Assembly (NCBI GenBank): GCA_024276255.1
Contig: JAJRXO010000126.1
Coordinates: 1-29,452, forward strand
Source of the DNA: Chloroflexota bacterium
Lineage (GTDB): Bacteria > Chloroflexota > Anaerolineae > J102
DNA: 29,452 nucleotides
Reading direction: 5' to 3'
Shown here one piece after another: positions 8,296 to 17,071 of the stretch (position 1 is its first letter; every line of letters begins with the position of its first letter). The position numbers were made by a program, and so were the translations under genes. The notes below the pieces were generated by a model that saw only the letters and a program-made list of their open reading frames with translations, was not told where the DNA came from and ran no database searches.

Positions 8296-9438
8296 TTATC
8301 GCCGCCGGTGACGACGCCGGGTTGCCCTGGGACGAGATGGCTCCTCACCGGCCCCGGTCAGGCGTAGGGGCGGAATCTGCTCTGGTGGCAGCGCTGGCGG
8401 TTCCCACTGACGCACGGCTGCCAACATGGCATCGATACTTTCGGCCGGCATGCCTGGTGAGATGCCCCCTCCCAGAGACAAGATCAGTCCACCCCCTGGG
8501 GCTGCCCGATCCAGACAGTTCTTTGCCCACTCATATACGACTTCTGGCGGCTGTCGTGTCGCGATGTGCAAGGGAGGGATGTTGCCCATGAGGGCAATGC
8601 GGTTGCCGATGACCTTCTTTGTTTCCAGAAGATCCACGTCATACGTAAAATTGAGGACATCAAAACCAGCGCGGGTAAAAGCGGGAAAGAGATGGGCGCA
8701 GGGGGTGTCATTGTGATATACCCGGATCAGTCCTTCGAATTCGCCAAAAATGCGCTGCAGACAGGGCTCGACGAATTCCTCATAATGCTGCAATGACACC
8801 ATGCCGACAATGTCGTCAAGCAACATGATTCCCTCTGGCTCGTGCAGGATATCCAGCTGGGCATGCAGGAACTGGATCAGGGTGGTGGTAATTTTTTCCA
8901 CGATGCGATGAATGAGATCGGGATGTTGTACGATGCCCGTCATCAGGCTGTTGATGCCCATGATCCAACCGGCAGTCACCATGGGGCCACGCGCACATAC
9001 CATTTTGATACCCCCGCCCTCAGCCCGCAATCTTTCTTCGGCATAGCGATACAGCCGATAGACCAGGGGCATGAGCCCATCTTCATACACATTGGGCAGG
9101 GGCGCCTCGGCCCAATGTTCCAATGATGTGGTAACCGGCTCCAGGGCCGGGGGACTGTCGTCGTGCCAGTGGATGCGGACGCCGAATGCGGATGGTTCGA
9201 CCGCCATACCATACTCGACCCAAAAGCCCGGGATCCAAACTACGCCGGGAAATCGTGTAAGCAGGGCGCGCTGAATATCGAACCAGGTCTCGGGAAAAAG
9301 GTAATAATCCTTGGTGTTGATGCCGGCATAACCGGCCAACCAGGGACTGTCGACTATCAGTGCCAAAGGTGGTTTGGCGGGTTCGCCCAGGCGGGCCGCA
9401 AGTTTGAAGTCTTGCCAAAGAGTTGTATTGTTCATCAT
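8296..9438 (-). CDS. URO-D/MtaA-fold family protein (not HemE)
   Basis: GPMVTA, MLLDDIVG, YHNDTP, LMGNIPP, GGGLILSLGGG..PG; lacks the HemE RQAGR motif; Arg-rich C-terminal tail. Confidence 0.82.
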   Translation of the reverse strand: MMNNTTLWQDFKLAARLGEPAKPPLALIVDSPWLAGYAGINTKDYYLFPETWFDIQRALLTRFPGVVWIPGFWVEYGMAVEPSAFGVRIHWHDDSPPALEPVTTSLEHWAEAPLPNVYEDGLMPLVYRLYRYAEERLRAEGGGIKMVCARGPMVTAGWIMGINSLMTGIVQHPDLIHRIVEKITTTLIQFLHAQLDILHEPEGIMLLDDIVGMVSLQHYEEFVEPCLQRIFGEFEGLIRVYHNDTPCAHLFPAFTRAGFDVLNFTYDVDLLETKKVIGNRIALMGNIPPLHIATRQPPEVVYEWAKNCLDRAAPGGGLILSLGGGISPGMPAESIDAMLAAVRQWEPPALPPEQIPPLRLTGAGEEPSRPRATRRRHRRR

Positions 9439-9481
9439 AATTAGGGGGTGTGAAAAGACAAGAAGTGAGTGGGGGGCTCAT

Positions 9482-10294
9482 CTAGAGTTGGGTATAGGCG
9501 GCGATGATGTGCTGTAGAAATTGCTTTTGATTCATCTGCCAATATGTACTGGAAAAGATTTCCACCTCGTAGAAGCCGCCAAAGCCTGCGGCCTGGATGG
9601 CCCGGCAAATGGCCGCCAGGGGAATGCAACCCTCTCCCATCAGGCCCCGATCGTTCAGCATATCCGTCGTGGGTACCTTCCAATCGCTGAGGTGCACTGC
9701 AAATAGACGCCCCAGGCGGCCGCAGCGGGCGATCTCATCATACAGATGGGGATCCCACCAGACGTGATACACGTCCAGCACCACGCCGACCTGAGGCGAG
9801 CCCAGACGTTGGGCCATATCGATGGCTTGAGCGAGCGTGTTGACGGCCGAGCGATCGGCCGCATACATCGGGTGTAGGGCTTCGATGCCCAGGCGCACGC
9901 CACAGGACTCGGCATGGGGCAGGATGGCGGCGATGCCGGTCTCGATTTGTTGCCGTGAGAGCTCCAGCGGCTGGCCTGGGGTGGCGCCGCACACCAGCAC
10001 CAACAAGGGGGCACCCAGGGCTGCGGCCTCGTCGATGGCCGTCAGGTTGCCATCGATAGCCTGCCTCCGTTCGGCCGCCGTGTGGCTCGTGAAAAAGCCG
10101 GCCCGACACAGGGACACTACCTGCAAGCCCGCATTCCCGATGCGTTCACCCGCGCGCCGTACATCCTGCCCGGCCAGCGCCTGGCGCCACACTGAGATGC
10201 CACCGATGCCGGCGCGACTGTATTGCTCGATCGCCACATCCAGCGACCATGGGCGAGTGGTGATAGTGTGTATGCAGAGTCGGGAAAGATCCAT
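9482..10294 (-). CDS. Sugar phosphate isomerase/epimerase-like TIM barrel (IolE/XylA-like, AP_endonuc_2)
   Basis: Metal-ligand motifs IEALH, DVYH, HLSD, EVE. Real start is MDLSRL at 10294, 1 nt after the upstream stop; the track ORF is over-extended. Confidence 0.88.
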   Translation of the reverse strand: MDLSRLCIHTITTRPWSLDVAIEQYSRAGIGGISVWRQALAGQDVRRAGERIGNAGLQVVSLCRAGFFTSHTAAERRQAIDGNLTAIDEAAALGAPLLVLVCGATPGQPLELSRQQIETGIAAILPHAESCGVRLGIEALHPMYAADRSAVNTLAQAIDMAQRLGSPQVGVVLDVYHVWWDPHLYDEIARCGRLGRLFAVHLSDWKVPTTDMLNDRGLMGEGCIPLAAICRAIQAAGFGGFYEVEIFSSTYWQMNQKQFLQHIIAAYTQL

Positions 10295-10295
10295 G

Positions 10296-11369
10296 TCAGG
10301 AAATGTGCATGGCCATGTTCTGAGCCTGGATGGCCAATTCGATGGCTTTGAAGGCGTGTGCTTGCGGCTGGGCCTGCTCGCTGCGCTGCAGGCAGTCGAG
10401 AATGAGCTGTCCGAAAAAGGGAAAGCCCACTTGGCCATGCAGGGCGAAATGCTGCATGCCCTGGTGATTGACGAGATACAGGTGGTCGCCGCTCTCCTCG
10501 CGAGCGATGTCGATGTACTTGCGCAGCTCAATGGTGCCATCGCTGCCCATGATAAACGTGCGTCCATCGCCCCACACGGGCAGCCCGTCAGGCGTGAACC
10601 AGTCCACCCGGAAATACATGGTGGCTCCGTTGTCGGCCAGTAGCGTGGCATCGCCGAAATCCTGAAAGCCAGGGTATTGCGGATGTCGATAATTGGCTAT
10701 CTTGCTGTGCAGTACCCTGGCATCCTGCGCGCCGGCATAAAACAGAAACTGTTCGATCTGATGACTGCCGATGTCGCAGAGGATGCCGCCGTAGCGGCCG
10801 GGGTCGAAGAACCAGGCCGGACGCGATGGCAGATTGGCGCGATGCGGCGCCAGATTGACTACCTGCAGCACCCGGCCGATGGCCCCCTGCTGGATGAGAT
10901 CGCCGGCAAATACGGCGGATTCGACATGCAGGCGCTCAGAATAATAGACGGCGTATTTGCGGGCCGTCGCCGCCACCCTGGCGCGTGCCAGTGCCAGCTG
11001 TTCCAGCGTGGTGAGGGGAGGTTTGTCGGCAAAGAAATCCTTGCCTGCATCCATGACCCTCAGGCCAATGCTGCAACGGTCGGCAGGCACAGCAGCACAT
11101 GCCACCAGGTGGACGGTGGGATCATCAAGCACCTGGGCTTCGCTGTTGGCGGCCCGGGCCTGGGGAAAACGTCGGCGGAATGCGGCAACTTTGATCGGAT
11201 CGGGGTCGTAGACCCAGGCCAGCTCGGCGCCGGCTTCGATGAGCCCGTTGCACATGCCGTAGATGTGACCGTGATCCAGACCCACGGCGGCAAAGCGGAA
11301 TTCACCGGCATCTACCACCGGATTGGGTTTGCCCTGCGGGGCATACATCATGCCATCTGCTCGCTGCAT
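10296..11369 (-). CDS. Gfo/Idh/MocA-family oxidoreductase
   Basis: AVGLDHGHI, ADKP, GGILCDIGSH. Start at ATG 11369 with AGGA. Confidence 0.9.
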   Translation of the reverse strand: MQRADGMMYAPQGKPNPVVDAGEFRFAAVGLDHGHIYGMCNGLIEAGAELAWVYDPDPIKVAAFRRRFPQARAANSEAQVLDDPTVHLVACAAVPADRCSIGLRVMDAGKDFFADKPPLTTLEQLALARARVAATARKYAVYYSERLHVESAVFAGDLIQQGAIGRVLQVVNLAPHRANLPSRPAWFFDPGRYGGILCDIGSHQIEQFLFYAGAQDARVLHSKIANYRHPQYPGFQDFGDATLLADNGATMYFRVDWFTPDGLPVWGDGRTFIMGSDGTIELRKYIDIAREESGDHLYLVNHQGMQHFALHGQVGFPFFGQLILDCLQRSEQAQPQAHAFKAIELAIQAQNMAMHIS

Positions 11370-11423
11370 GGGATTGATCCTGCAATTCATGTTGAATTAG
11401 CTGTAGGCAAGAACGCCGTTGCG

Positions 11424-12578
11424 CTACTGATAATCAGAGCCAAATGAAATCTGATCGTCGGCGAAGCCTTCGACGGTGTGGGTTTTTTCGTGAAAGTGTG
11501 GCGCGTGGGTCAGGACGCCTTCCCGGGAGTAGAAGGGGGAGGTGGAAGGTAGAGGGAGGCGCACGATCTCGCCGGTAAACCCCGATTGGTAGATGGCTGT
11601 TACCAGTTCGATCGTGTTGCGGCCCTGCACACCGTCGATCAGTAGGCCGGCTTTGCCCTCCACGGCGGCCAGCATGTTCTCGATTTGCCCAGCATGCCCC
11701 TCCCTGGGGACTTCTGGCAGTCCCTGGAAAAAGCGATCGATCTCGGCTTCTGTCTCGGGGTCGGGATCAGGAAAGCCGTTGGGGCGCTGTTTGTGGGCAT
11801 GGACCTGCCAGGGCACGGAAACGCCTGCCCGTTCGCCCTGAAAAGTGAAGCGCTGCAGCTCACCGTGGTGCACCAGCGAAGCCGTGATCTGGCCCAGGCG
11901 ACCGTCCTCATAGCGCAGCACAGCCGTGGAAAAGTCCTCCACCTGCGAGTTTTCGTGGTTCAGGTTGGTGACCACGGCGTGCACGGTCTGCGGCATGCCC
12001 ATCATCCACTGGAAGAGGTCGATGTGATGAACGGCATGGTTGAGCGTACAGCCGCCGCCTTCCTTCTCCCAGGTGCCTCGCCACCATAGGTCGTAGTAGT
12101 GGCTGCCCCGCCACCAGAAGGAGTCGACCATGCCATACAGGATGCGGCCGACAATGCCGCTATCGAGAACCTGCTTGAGTTTCTTCAGAGGGCTACGAAA
12201 GCGATTTTGCGCCACCACGGAGAGAAGTTTGTTGCTGTGTCGCTGCGCTTCCAGGATGCGGTCGCACTGGGCCAGGGTGGGAGCCATGGGTTTTTCCAGC
12301 AACACGTGTACACCAGCCTGTAGCAGATCGATTGCAGCCTGGGCGTGGGCGTATGGCGGCAGACAGATCGCAGCCAGGTCTATGCGTTGGTCGGCGAGCA
12401 AGTCCTGCCACGAACTATAGATGGCAGCGTCAAGCTGGAACTGCTCGGCTTTTTGCGCCGCGCGCTCAGGCGTGCGGTTGACCAGCGCCGTGATACGGCA
12501 ACGGTCAGGGAATTGCATGAATCCCCGGATGTGAGCCGGGGCGACAGCCCCGGTACCAATGATAGCGACTCGAAGCAT
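11424..12578 (-). CDS. Gfo/Idh/MocA-family oxidoreductase
   Basis: IIGTGAVA, EKP, GGGCTLNHAVHHID. Confidence 0.92.
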   Translation of the reverse strand: MLRVAIIGTGAVAPAHIRGFMQFPDRCRITALVNRTPERAAQKAEQFQLDAAIYSSWQDLLADQRIDLAAICLPPYAHAQAAIDLLQAGVHVLLEKPMAPTLAQCDRILEAQRHSNKLLSVVAQNRFRSPLKKLKQVLDSGIVGRILYGMVDSFWWRGSHYYDLWWRGTWEKEGGGCTLNHAVHHIDLFQWMMGMPQTVHAVVTNLNHENSQVEDFSTAVLRYEDGRLGQITASLVHHGELQRFTFQGERAGVSVPWQVHAHKQRPNGFPDPDPETEAEIDRFFQGLPEVPREGHAGQIENMLAAVEGKAGLLIDGVQGRNTIELVTAIYQSGFTGEIVRLPLPSTSPFYSREGVLTHAPHFHEKTHTVEGFADDQISFGSDYQ

Positions 12579-12656
12579 GGTTTGTTTGCTTATTGATGGT
12601 GAGGATGTGTGGGCGCAAACGAATGAAAACCCGGTCCGTCTGCGTCCGTTTACAGT

Positions 12657-13877
12657 CTATTTGCCAGATATTTTCTTGCGGATTTGCCTTCTTGCCCGGG
12701 TTCCCGACGCACCAGCTGCCAGTGACCATGCCACGGTGATGATCATCGCCACAAGCAACCCTACCAGGGGGGCAACGGGCTGGCCCCACAGCGTCAGCAG
12801 CACAGCCACGAGCGAGCCGGGAGCCCACGTCCACGCAGGGATGCCATATGGCGCTTTACCGTGCCGGCGACGGGACGACTCCACGGCCAGGGGCACGATC
12901 AGGGGCGGCAGCATGGCGGCTAACAGAGCCAGCCAGCTTCCCAGCCATAGGTCAAAACGAAGGAGTGCTAGCATGTAGGCGATGGTGGTAATCAACACCA
13001 TGCCGCTGCGTTCGGGGATATTGAGCGCGGCGCGCAGGCCAGGCGCGCCCGAGTAAAGTGTGGTGAACGTGGGGGCCAGAATGGAGAGAAAAAGCAACAA
13101 ATTGCCAATGCCCAAGGCCCTGTGAGAGGCCAGTAGTGCCACAAGGTCGGCCTCACCCGTGCCCCGATAGATGCTGGCGCCGGCCAGCATCAGGAGCAGC
13201 ACAGGCAGCACCAGCAGATTGATCAGCAGGAACAGATCCTGGCGGCGACGCAGGCCACAGGTGAAGTCGGGCGCCCGCACACTGAAGACAGAGACATAGC
13301 CCACCAGCACAGCCACATCGCTGATAAGAAAGAGGGGATTGCCGAGGTCCAGGCTGATGGGCGTGGTGCGCGCGGCCAGGCGACTTACCAGCAAACCCGC
13401 CAGTAGCAGCACCGAGAGGGTTGCCAGTGCGGCCAACCTGTTCCAGCTACGGATGCCGCGCAATGAGAGAATGAGCACGGGCAGGGCAATACCCAGCGCC
13501 GCCAGCCATAGCGGGAGTCCCAGCAGGCGTCCCAGGGCGGCACCTCCCAGGGCCATGTTGAAACCCGACCAGCCGATCATACCCAGGGCGATCACCCCGC
13601 CTACGATGCGCTGCATGCCCGGCCCAAAGTAAATGGGCGTGACCTGCGTGAGGGTACGACCGTCGCCGTGCGGCGGCTGCAGGCCCAGCAGGCCCTGGAA
13701 CCAGAGGATGGCAAACATCAGGGCATAGGCAAAGAGGATCGCCAGCAGCGGCACGGCCCCGCCGTGACGTCGCGTGATCAGGGCCCCGATCAGCAGGGAA
13801 CCTGGTGAGGTCCCGATGCCCAGCCATGCGCCGGAGACCTGCCACCAGCGTCGTTCTGCCACCGTGTATGCGCTCAT
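12657..13877 (-). CDS. Secondary transporter, probably NCS1/CodB (purine-cytosine permease)-like
   Basis: About 11-12 hydrophobic segments; N-terminal WLGIGTSPGSLLIG and MIGWSGFN resemble CodB-like permeases. Confidence 0.6.
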   Translation of the reverse strand: MSAYTVAERRWWQVSGAWLGIGTSPGSLLIGALITRRHGGAVPLLAILFAYALMFAILWFQGLLGLQPPHGDGRTLTQVTPIYFGPGMQRIVGGVIALGMIGWSGFNMALGGAALGRLLGLPLWLAALGIALPVLILSLRGIRSWNRLAALATLSVLLLAGLLVSRLAARTTPISLDLGNPLFLISDVAVLVGYVSVFSVRAPDFTCGLRRRQDLFLLINLLVLPVLLLMLAGASIYRGTGEADLVALLASHRALGIGNLLLFLSILAPTFTTLYSGAPGLRAALNIPERSGMVLITTIAYMLALLRFDLWLGSWLALLAAMLPPLIVPLAVESSRRRHGKAPYGIPAWTWAPGSLVAVLLTLWGQPVAPLVGLLVAMIITVAWSLAAGASGTRARRQIRKKISGK

Positions 13878-13886
13878 GAATGGGCG

Positions 13887-14228
13887 TCAGTCAAACCATT
13901 CGTCGGCAGGGTTGAAGGCCGGAATGGCGGTGATGGCCACGCGTAGCTGGCCCACGGCCCGGTGCCGGCAGCCAGGTTTGATAAGGATGGCCGAAAAAGG
14001 TCGCACCGGAACGCGCTCACCGTCCAGTTCCATGATGCCTTCGCCCGCTAAGATCAAATAGAGCTCAGTGGTTTCCTTGTGATAATGTACCCGTGCATCT
14101 TCCTGCACGTTTAGCAGATGCAGGCTGGCCCGCTGTTCCGCATCCTGCGTAAAGGCGCGGCGGGTGATGCCGCAGGGGCAGGTGATAGGGTCGAGGGCAT
14201 CCAGTTGTGCAAGGAGATAGCGAGCCAT
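13887..14228 (-). CDS. Monocupin with N-terminal CPCG motif
   Basis: HYH...E.Y.ILAGEG and PG..H cupin metal motifs; 113 aa. Confidence 0.88.
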   Translation of the reverse strand: MARYLLAQLDALDPITCPCGITRRAFTQDAEQRASLHLLNVQEDARVHYHKETTELYLILAGEGIMELDGERVPVRPFSAILIKPGCRHRAVGQLRVAITAIPAFNPADEWFD

Positions 14229-14231
14229 CTT

Positions 14232-15008
14232 TCACTCCAGATGCAGCACGCCGCTGTCCTGGAAGATACCGCGGATATGACCTGTATACTCGTTGAACTC
14301 CTCTGGCAGGCGGTCCAGCCTGCGAGGGCGGGGTAAATCGATATCGATGATCTCGGCCACGCGGCCGGGGCGCGGCGTCATCACCACCACCCGGTCGGCC
14401 AGCAGCACGGCTTCGGGGATGCTGTGAGTGATCAGCAGGGCAGTCTTGCGTTTCTCCATCCACAGATGCTGAATGTCCATGGATATTTGTTCGCGTGTGA
14501 GTGCGTCGAGAGAGCCGAATGGCTCATCCATGAGCAGCAGGGGGGGATCATGCACCAGTCCGCGACAAATGGAGACGCGCTGCTTCATACCACCCGAAAG
14601 CTCGTAGGGTTTTTTATGCTCAAAGCCATCCAGCCCCACATCACGAAGCAGTTCGAGGGCCTTGGGTTCATATTCCTTGCGGTCCAGATTACGGATATCG
14701 ATCTGCAGTAGGACGTTGTCCAGCACATCTCGCCAGTCCAGCAATACTGAATCCTGGAAGATGATGCCCAGGTTAATCTGCGGTCGGTTGACCAACTTGC
14801 CGGCGATCGTGATTTCGCCCAGGGTGTAGGGGATGAGCCCGGCAATCATCTTGAGGATGGTGGTTTTGCCACAGCCACTCGGGCCGACGATCGCCACAAA
14901 CTCTGATTCGTAAATGTCAAAGTTTACTTTTTCGACGGCCAAGACAATGCCGTTCCTGGTGAGGTATTGTTTTTCGACGTTCCGTAAACGAATGAATGGT
15001 TCGGCCAT
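14232..15008 (-). CDS. ABC ATP-binding protein, NitT/TauT family
   Basis: Walker A GPSGCGKT, signature LSGGMKQR, Walker B LLMDEPF. Start at ATG 15008. Confidence 0.95.
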   Translation of the reverse strand: MAEPFIRLRNVEKQYLTRNGIVLAVEKVNFDIYESEFVAIVGPSGCGKTTILKMIAGLIPYTLGEITIAGKLVNRPQINLGIIFQDSVLLDWRDVLDNVLLQIDIRNLDRKEYEPKALELLRDVGLDGFEHKKPYELSGGMKQRVSICRGLVHDPPLLLMDEPFGSLDALTREQISMDIQHLWMEKRKTALLITHSIPEAVLLADRVVVMTPRPGRVAEIIDIDLPRPRRLDRLPEEFNEYTGHIRGIFQDSGVLHLE

Positions 15009-15060
15009 GGATGGGGTTCTCGCTGGGGGATGAGAGGGGTTACGGAATTGAGAGCAGGCG

Positions 15061-15090
15061 TGGGGGCGCCGCAATGAGGTGGCGCCCCCA
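15061..15090 (-). other. Strong hairpin between binding-protein and ATPase genes
   Basis: Perfect 10-bp stem TGGGGGCGCC / GGCGCCCCCA, extendable with AGGC/GCCT. Confidence 0.7.
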
Positions 15091-15101
15091 GCTGCCTGGC
15101 C

Positions 15102-16136
15102 TTACTTCTCGGGCATGTAGGGCGGTTCGGAGATGAAATCGTTGGTGAAAAAGACGTTCACATCCTTTTCGGGCTTGAAGCTGGCGTATTTCTGCAGCAG
15201 TTCCTGGGTGGCCAGCCAGTCTTCTGTGGCCGACCAGCCGATGGGCTTACCCTCAGAATTGGGCGTGTGCAGCAGGGTCAGAGATCCCTTGATCTCTGCC
15301 AGCGACAGCGGCACATCGAAGCCGCGGTCAGCCGCGTGCTTGGCGAAGATCTCGGCTGCCTCTTCGGGATGCTCGGCAGTGTAGGCCCAGGCCCGCTGTG
15401 AAGCGCGTACGAACTTCTTGACAAGCTCAGGGTTCTCTTTGGCCCAGAAGTTGTTGACGATGATGGCGCTGGAAAGCGTATTCACGTTACATACTTCGGT
15501 CAGCTGCTTCCACTCGATATCGATGCCGGTGTTCTTCTCGATGCGCAGTGGCTGATCGACGAAGTATCCGAGGAATGTATCTGACGTGCCTTCCAACATC
15601 GCCACTTCTTTGGCCTGCGGATTTGAAACCTGCACCAGCTCGACATCGTCCAGGGTCATGCCGTTTTTGCCCAGACATGCTTCGAAGATGGACATGGAGG
15701 CATCGCCGGCGGTGACAGCCACCTTGGCGCCCCTCAGTTCATCGATGTTGGTGGGGCGTGGGCGATCGGCACGATAGATGAAGGACATGGGACTGGATTG
15801 GAATATGACGGCCACAGCCTTTACAGGTACACCTGCCGAGACACCTCGCATCATGGTGGCCGAGTCGGCATAGCCAATCACGTTGTTGCCATTGCCAACC
15901 AGCTTGACCGTCGTGCCGGAGCCGCTCCCTTCGAGAATGGTGACATCAAGGCCTTCGTCAGCGTAAAAGCCTTTATCTACTCCCAAAAAGAAGGGCGCGT
16001 GTTCGCCGTAAAGCGTCCAGTTTAGGCGGAATTCAATGGGGACGGGGCCGGATTCAGGCGGGGCGGCCGGCTTGGCGCAGGCTGCCAGGGCCGTGGCCAG
16101 CATAATCAACAAAACCAGAACGATGGTCTTCTTCAT
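15102..16136 (-). CDS. NMT1/THI5-like (SsuA/TauA class) ABC substrate-binding lipoprotein
   Basis: LAAC lipobox; LNW...HAPFFLGVDKGFYADEGLDV..G.GS pattern. Confidence 0.88.
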   Translation of the reverse strand: MKKTIVLVLLIMLATALAACAKPAAPPESGPVPIEFRLNWTLYGEHAPFFLGVDKGFYADEGLDVTILEGSGSGTTVKLVGNGNNVIGYADSATMMRGVSAGVPVKAVAVIFQSSPMSFIYRADRPRPTNIDELRGAKVAVTAGDASMSIFEACLGKNGMTLDDVELVQVSNPQAKEVAMLEGTSDTFLGYFVDQPLRIEKNTGIDIEWKQLTEVCNVNTLSSAIIVNNFWAKENPELVKKFVRASQRAWAYTAEHPEEAAEIFAKHAADRGFDVPLSLAEIKGSLTLLHTPNSEGKPIGWSATEDWLATQELLQKYASFKPEKDVNVFFTNDFISEPPYMPEK

Positions 16137-16220
16137 GGGGTCCTCCTGTAAACGATACGTGAGTGAACGGCGGAATAGGGTGATTGGATATTAAACGGCC
16201 TCGGAAAAACATTTGAATAT

Positions 16221-16241
16221 GGCATCACCTCCTTGCAATGA
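16221..16241 (-). promoter_or_regulatory. Orphan extended Shine-Dalgarno-like element upstream of the NMT1-like binding protein
   Basis: Minus strand TCATTGCAAGGAGGTGATGCC, about 89 nt upstream of ATG 16136, which has its own AGGAGG. Confidence 0.55.
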
Positions 16242-16252
16242 TGGGGCATGTG

Positions 16253-17071
16253 TTACAGTGTGCCGTGTTCTTGGCCTGAACGCACCGTAATGTGCCAGGG
16301 AATCAGAATGTTTTCCAGAAATTGTACGATGTAGAAAAGCAACAGGCCCTGAATTGTGAGGGCAACGATCACCCCAAACATGAGTGCTGTTTGCAGGTTG
16401 GAATTGGTAACCAGCAACATATAGCCCAGGCCCTTGTCTGCACCGACGAATTCGCCGACGACCGCACCCACAACGGCCAATGTGGCGCCCACTTTGAGAC
16501 CACTGAACATGTAGGGCAGGCTGGTGGGCAGCCTGAAGCGTGTGAAAATCTGGAAATTGCTGGCCCCCATGGAGCGCGCCAGGTCGATCATCTCCGGTGA
16601 GATGGAACGCAGGCCTACCGCGGTGTCAATGATGATGGGAAAAAAGGAGATCAGGAAGGCGACCAGTACTTTGGGCAGCGTTCCCACGCCAAACCACACC
16701 AAAAACAATGGGGCCAGGGCGATCTTTGGTACGGTTTGGAAGAAGAGGATGATTGGGGTGATGAAATTGTCGAATGAGCGCGAGGCCGTGGTGAGAATGG
16801 CCAGGGGCACGGCAACGGCGATGGCCATGAAATAGCCCAACAACATCTCGTAGGCTGTTACCCCGCTGTGCTTCAGGAGAGCATCGAAGTGTTCCACGAT
16901 CATGACGAGCACTTCGGTTGGAGGGGGAAGCAGGTATGATGCGATGTTGAGCAAGCGCACAGCCACTTCCCAGATAACCAAGAAGAGGATGATGCCAATG
17001 GCAGGCAGGATTTTAGCCCGCCAGGCGGCTCGGCGTTCGAGTTGACCCAATTCGGCGATTGATTGTGTCAT
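16253..17071 (-). CDS. ABC permease, NitT/TauT family
   Basis: LLPPP motif, PKIALAPLF, EAA-like loop (DLARSMGAS), GAVVGEF. Confidence 0.93.
   Translation of the reverse strand: MTQSIAELGQLERRAAWRAKILPAIGIILFLVIWEVAVRLLNIASYLLPPPTEVLVMIVEHFDALLKHSGVTAYEMLLGYFMAIAVAVPLAILTTASRSFDNFITPIILFFQTVPKIALAPLFLVWFGVGTLPKVLVAFLISFFPIIIDTAVGLRSISPEMIDLARSMGASNFQIFTRFRLPTSLPYMFSGLKVGATLAVVGAVVGEFVGADKGLGYMLLVTNSNLQTALMFGVIVALTIQGLLLFYIVQFLENILIPWHITVRSGQEHGTL

Noticed and set aside
8296-9438. hemE assignment for either URO-D-fold gene
   Set aside because: Neither has the HemE RQAGR motif, and there is no tetrapyrrole gene context.
10295-10651. N-terminal 119 aa of the track ORF 9482-10651; also the extensions of 4896-6650, 17068-18756 and 27550-29259
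   Set aside because: Over-extended starts, mostly overlapping upstream genes; downstream starts with RBS or stop/start overlaps fit better.
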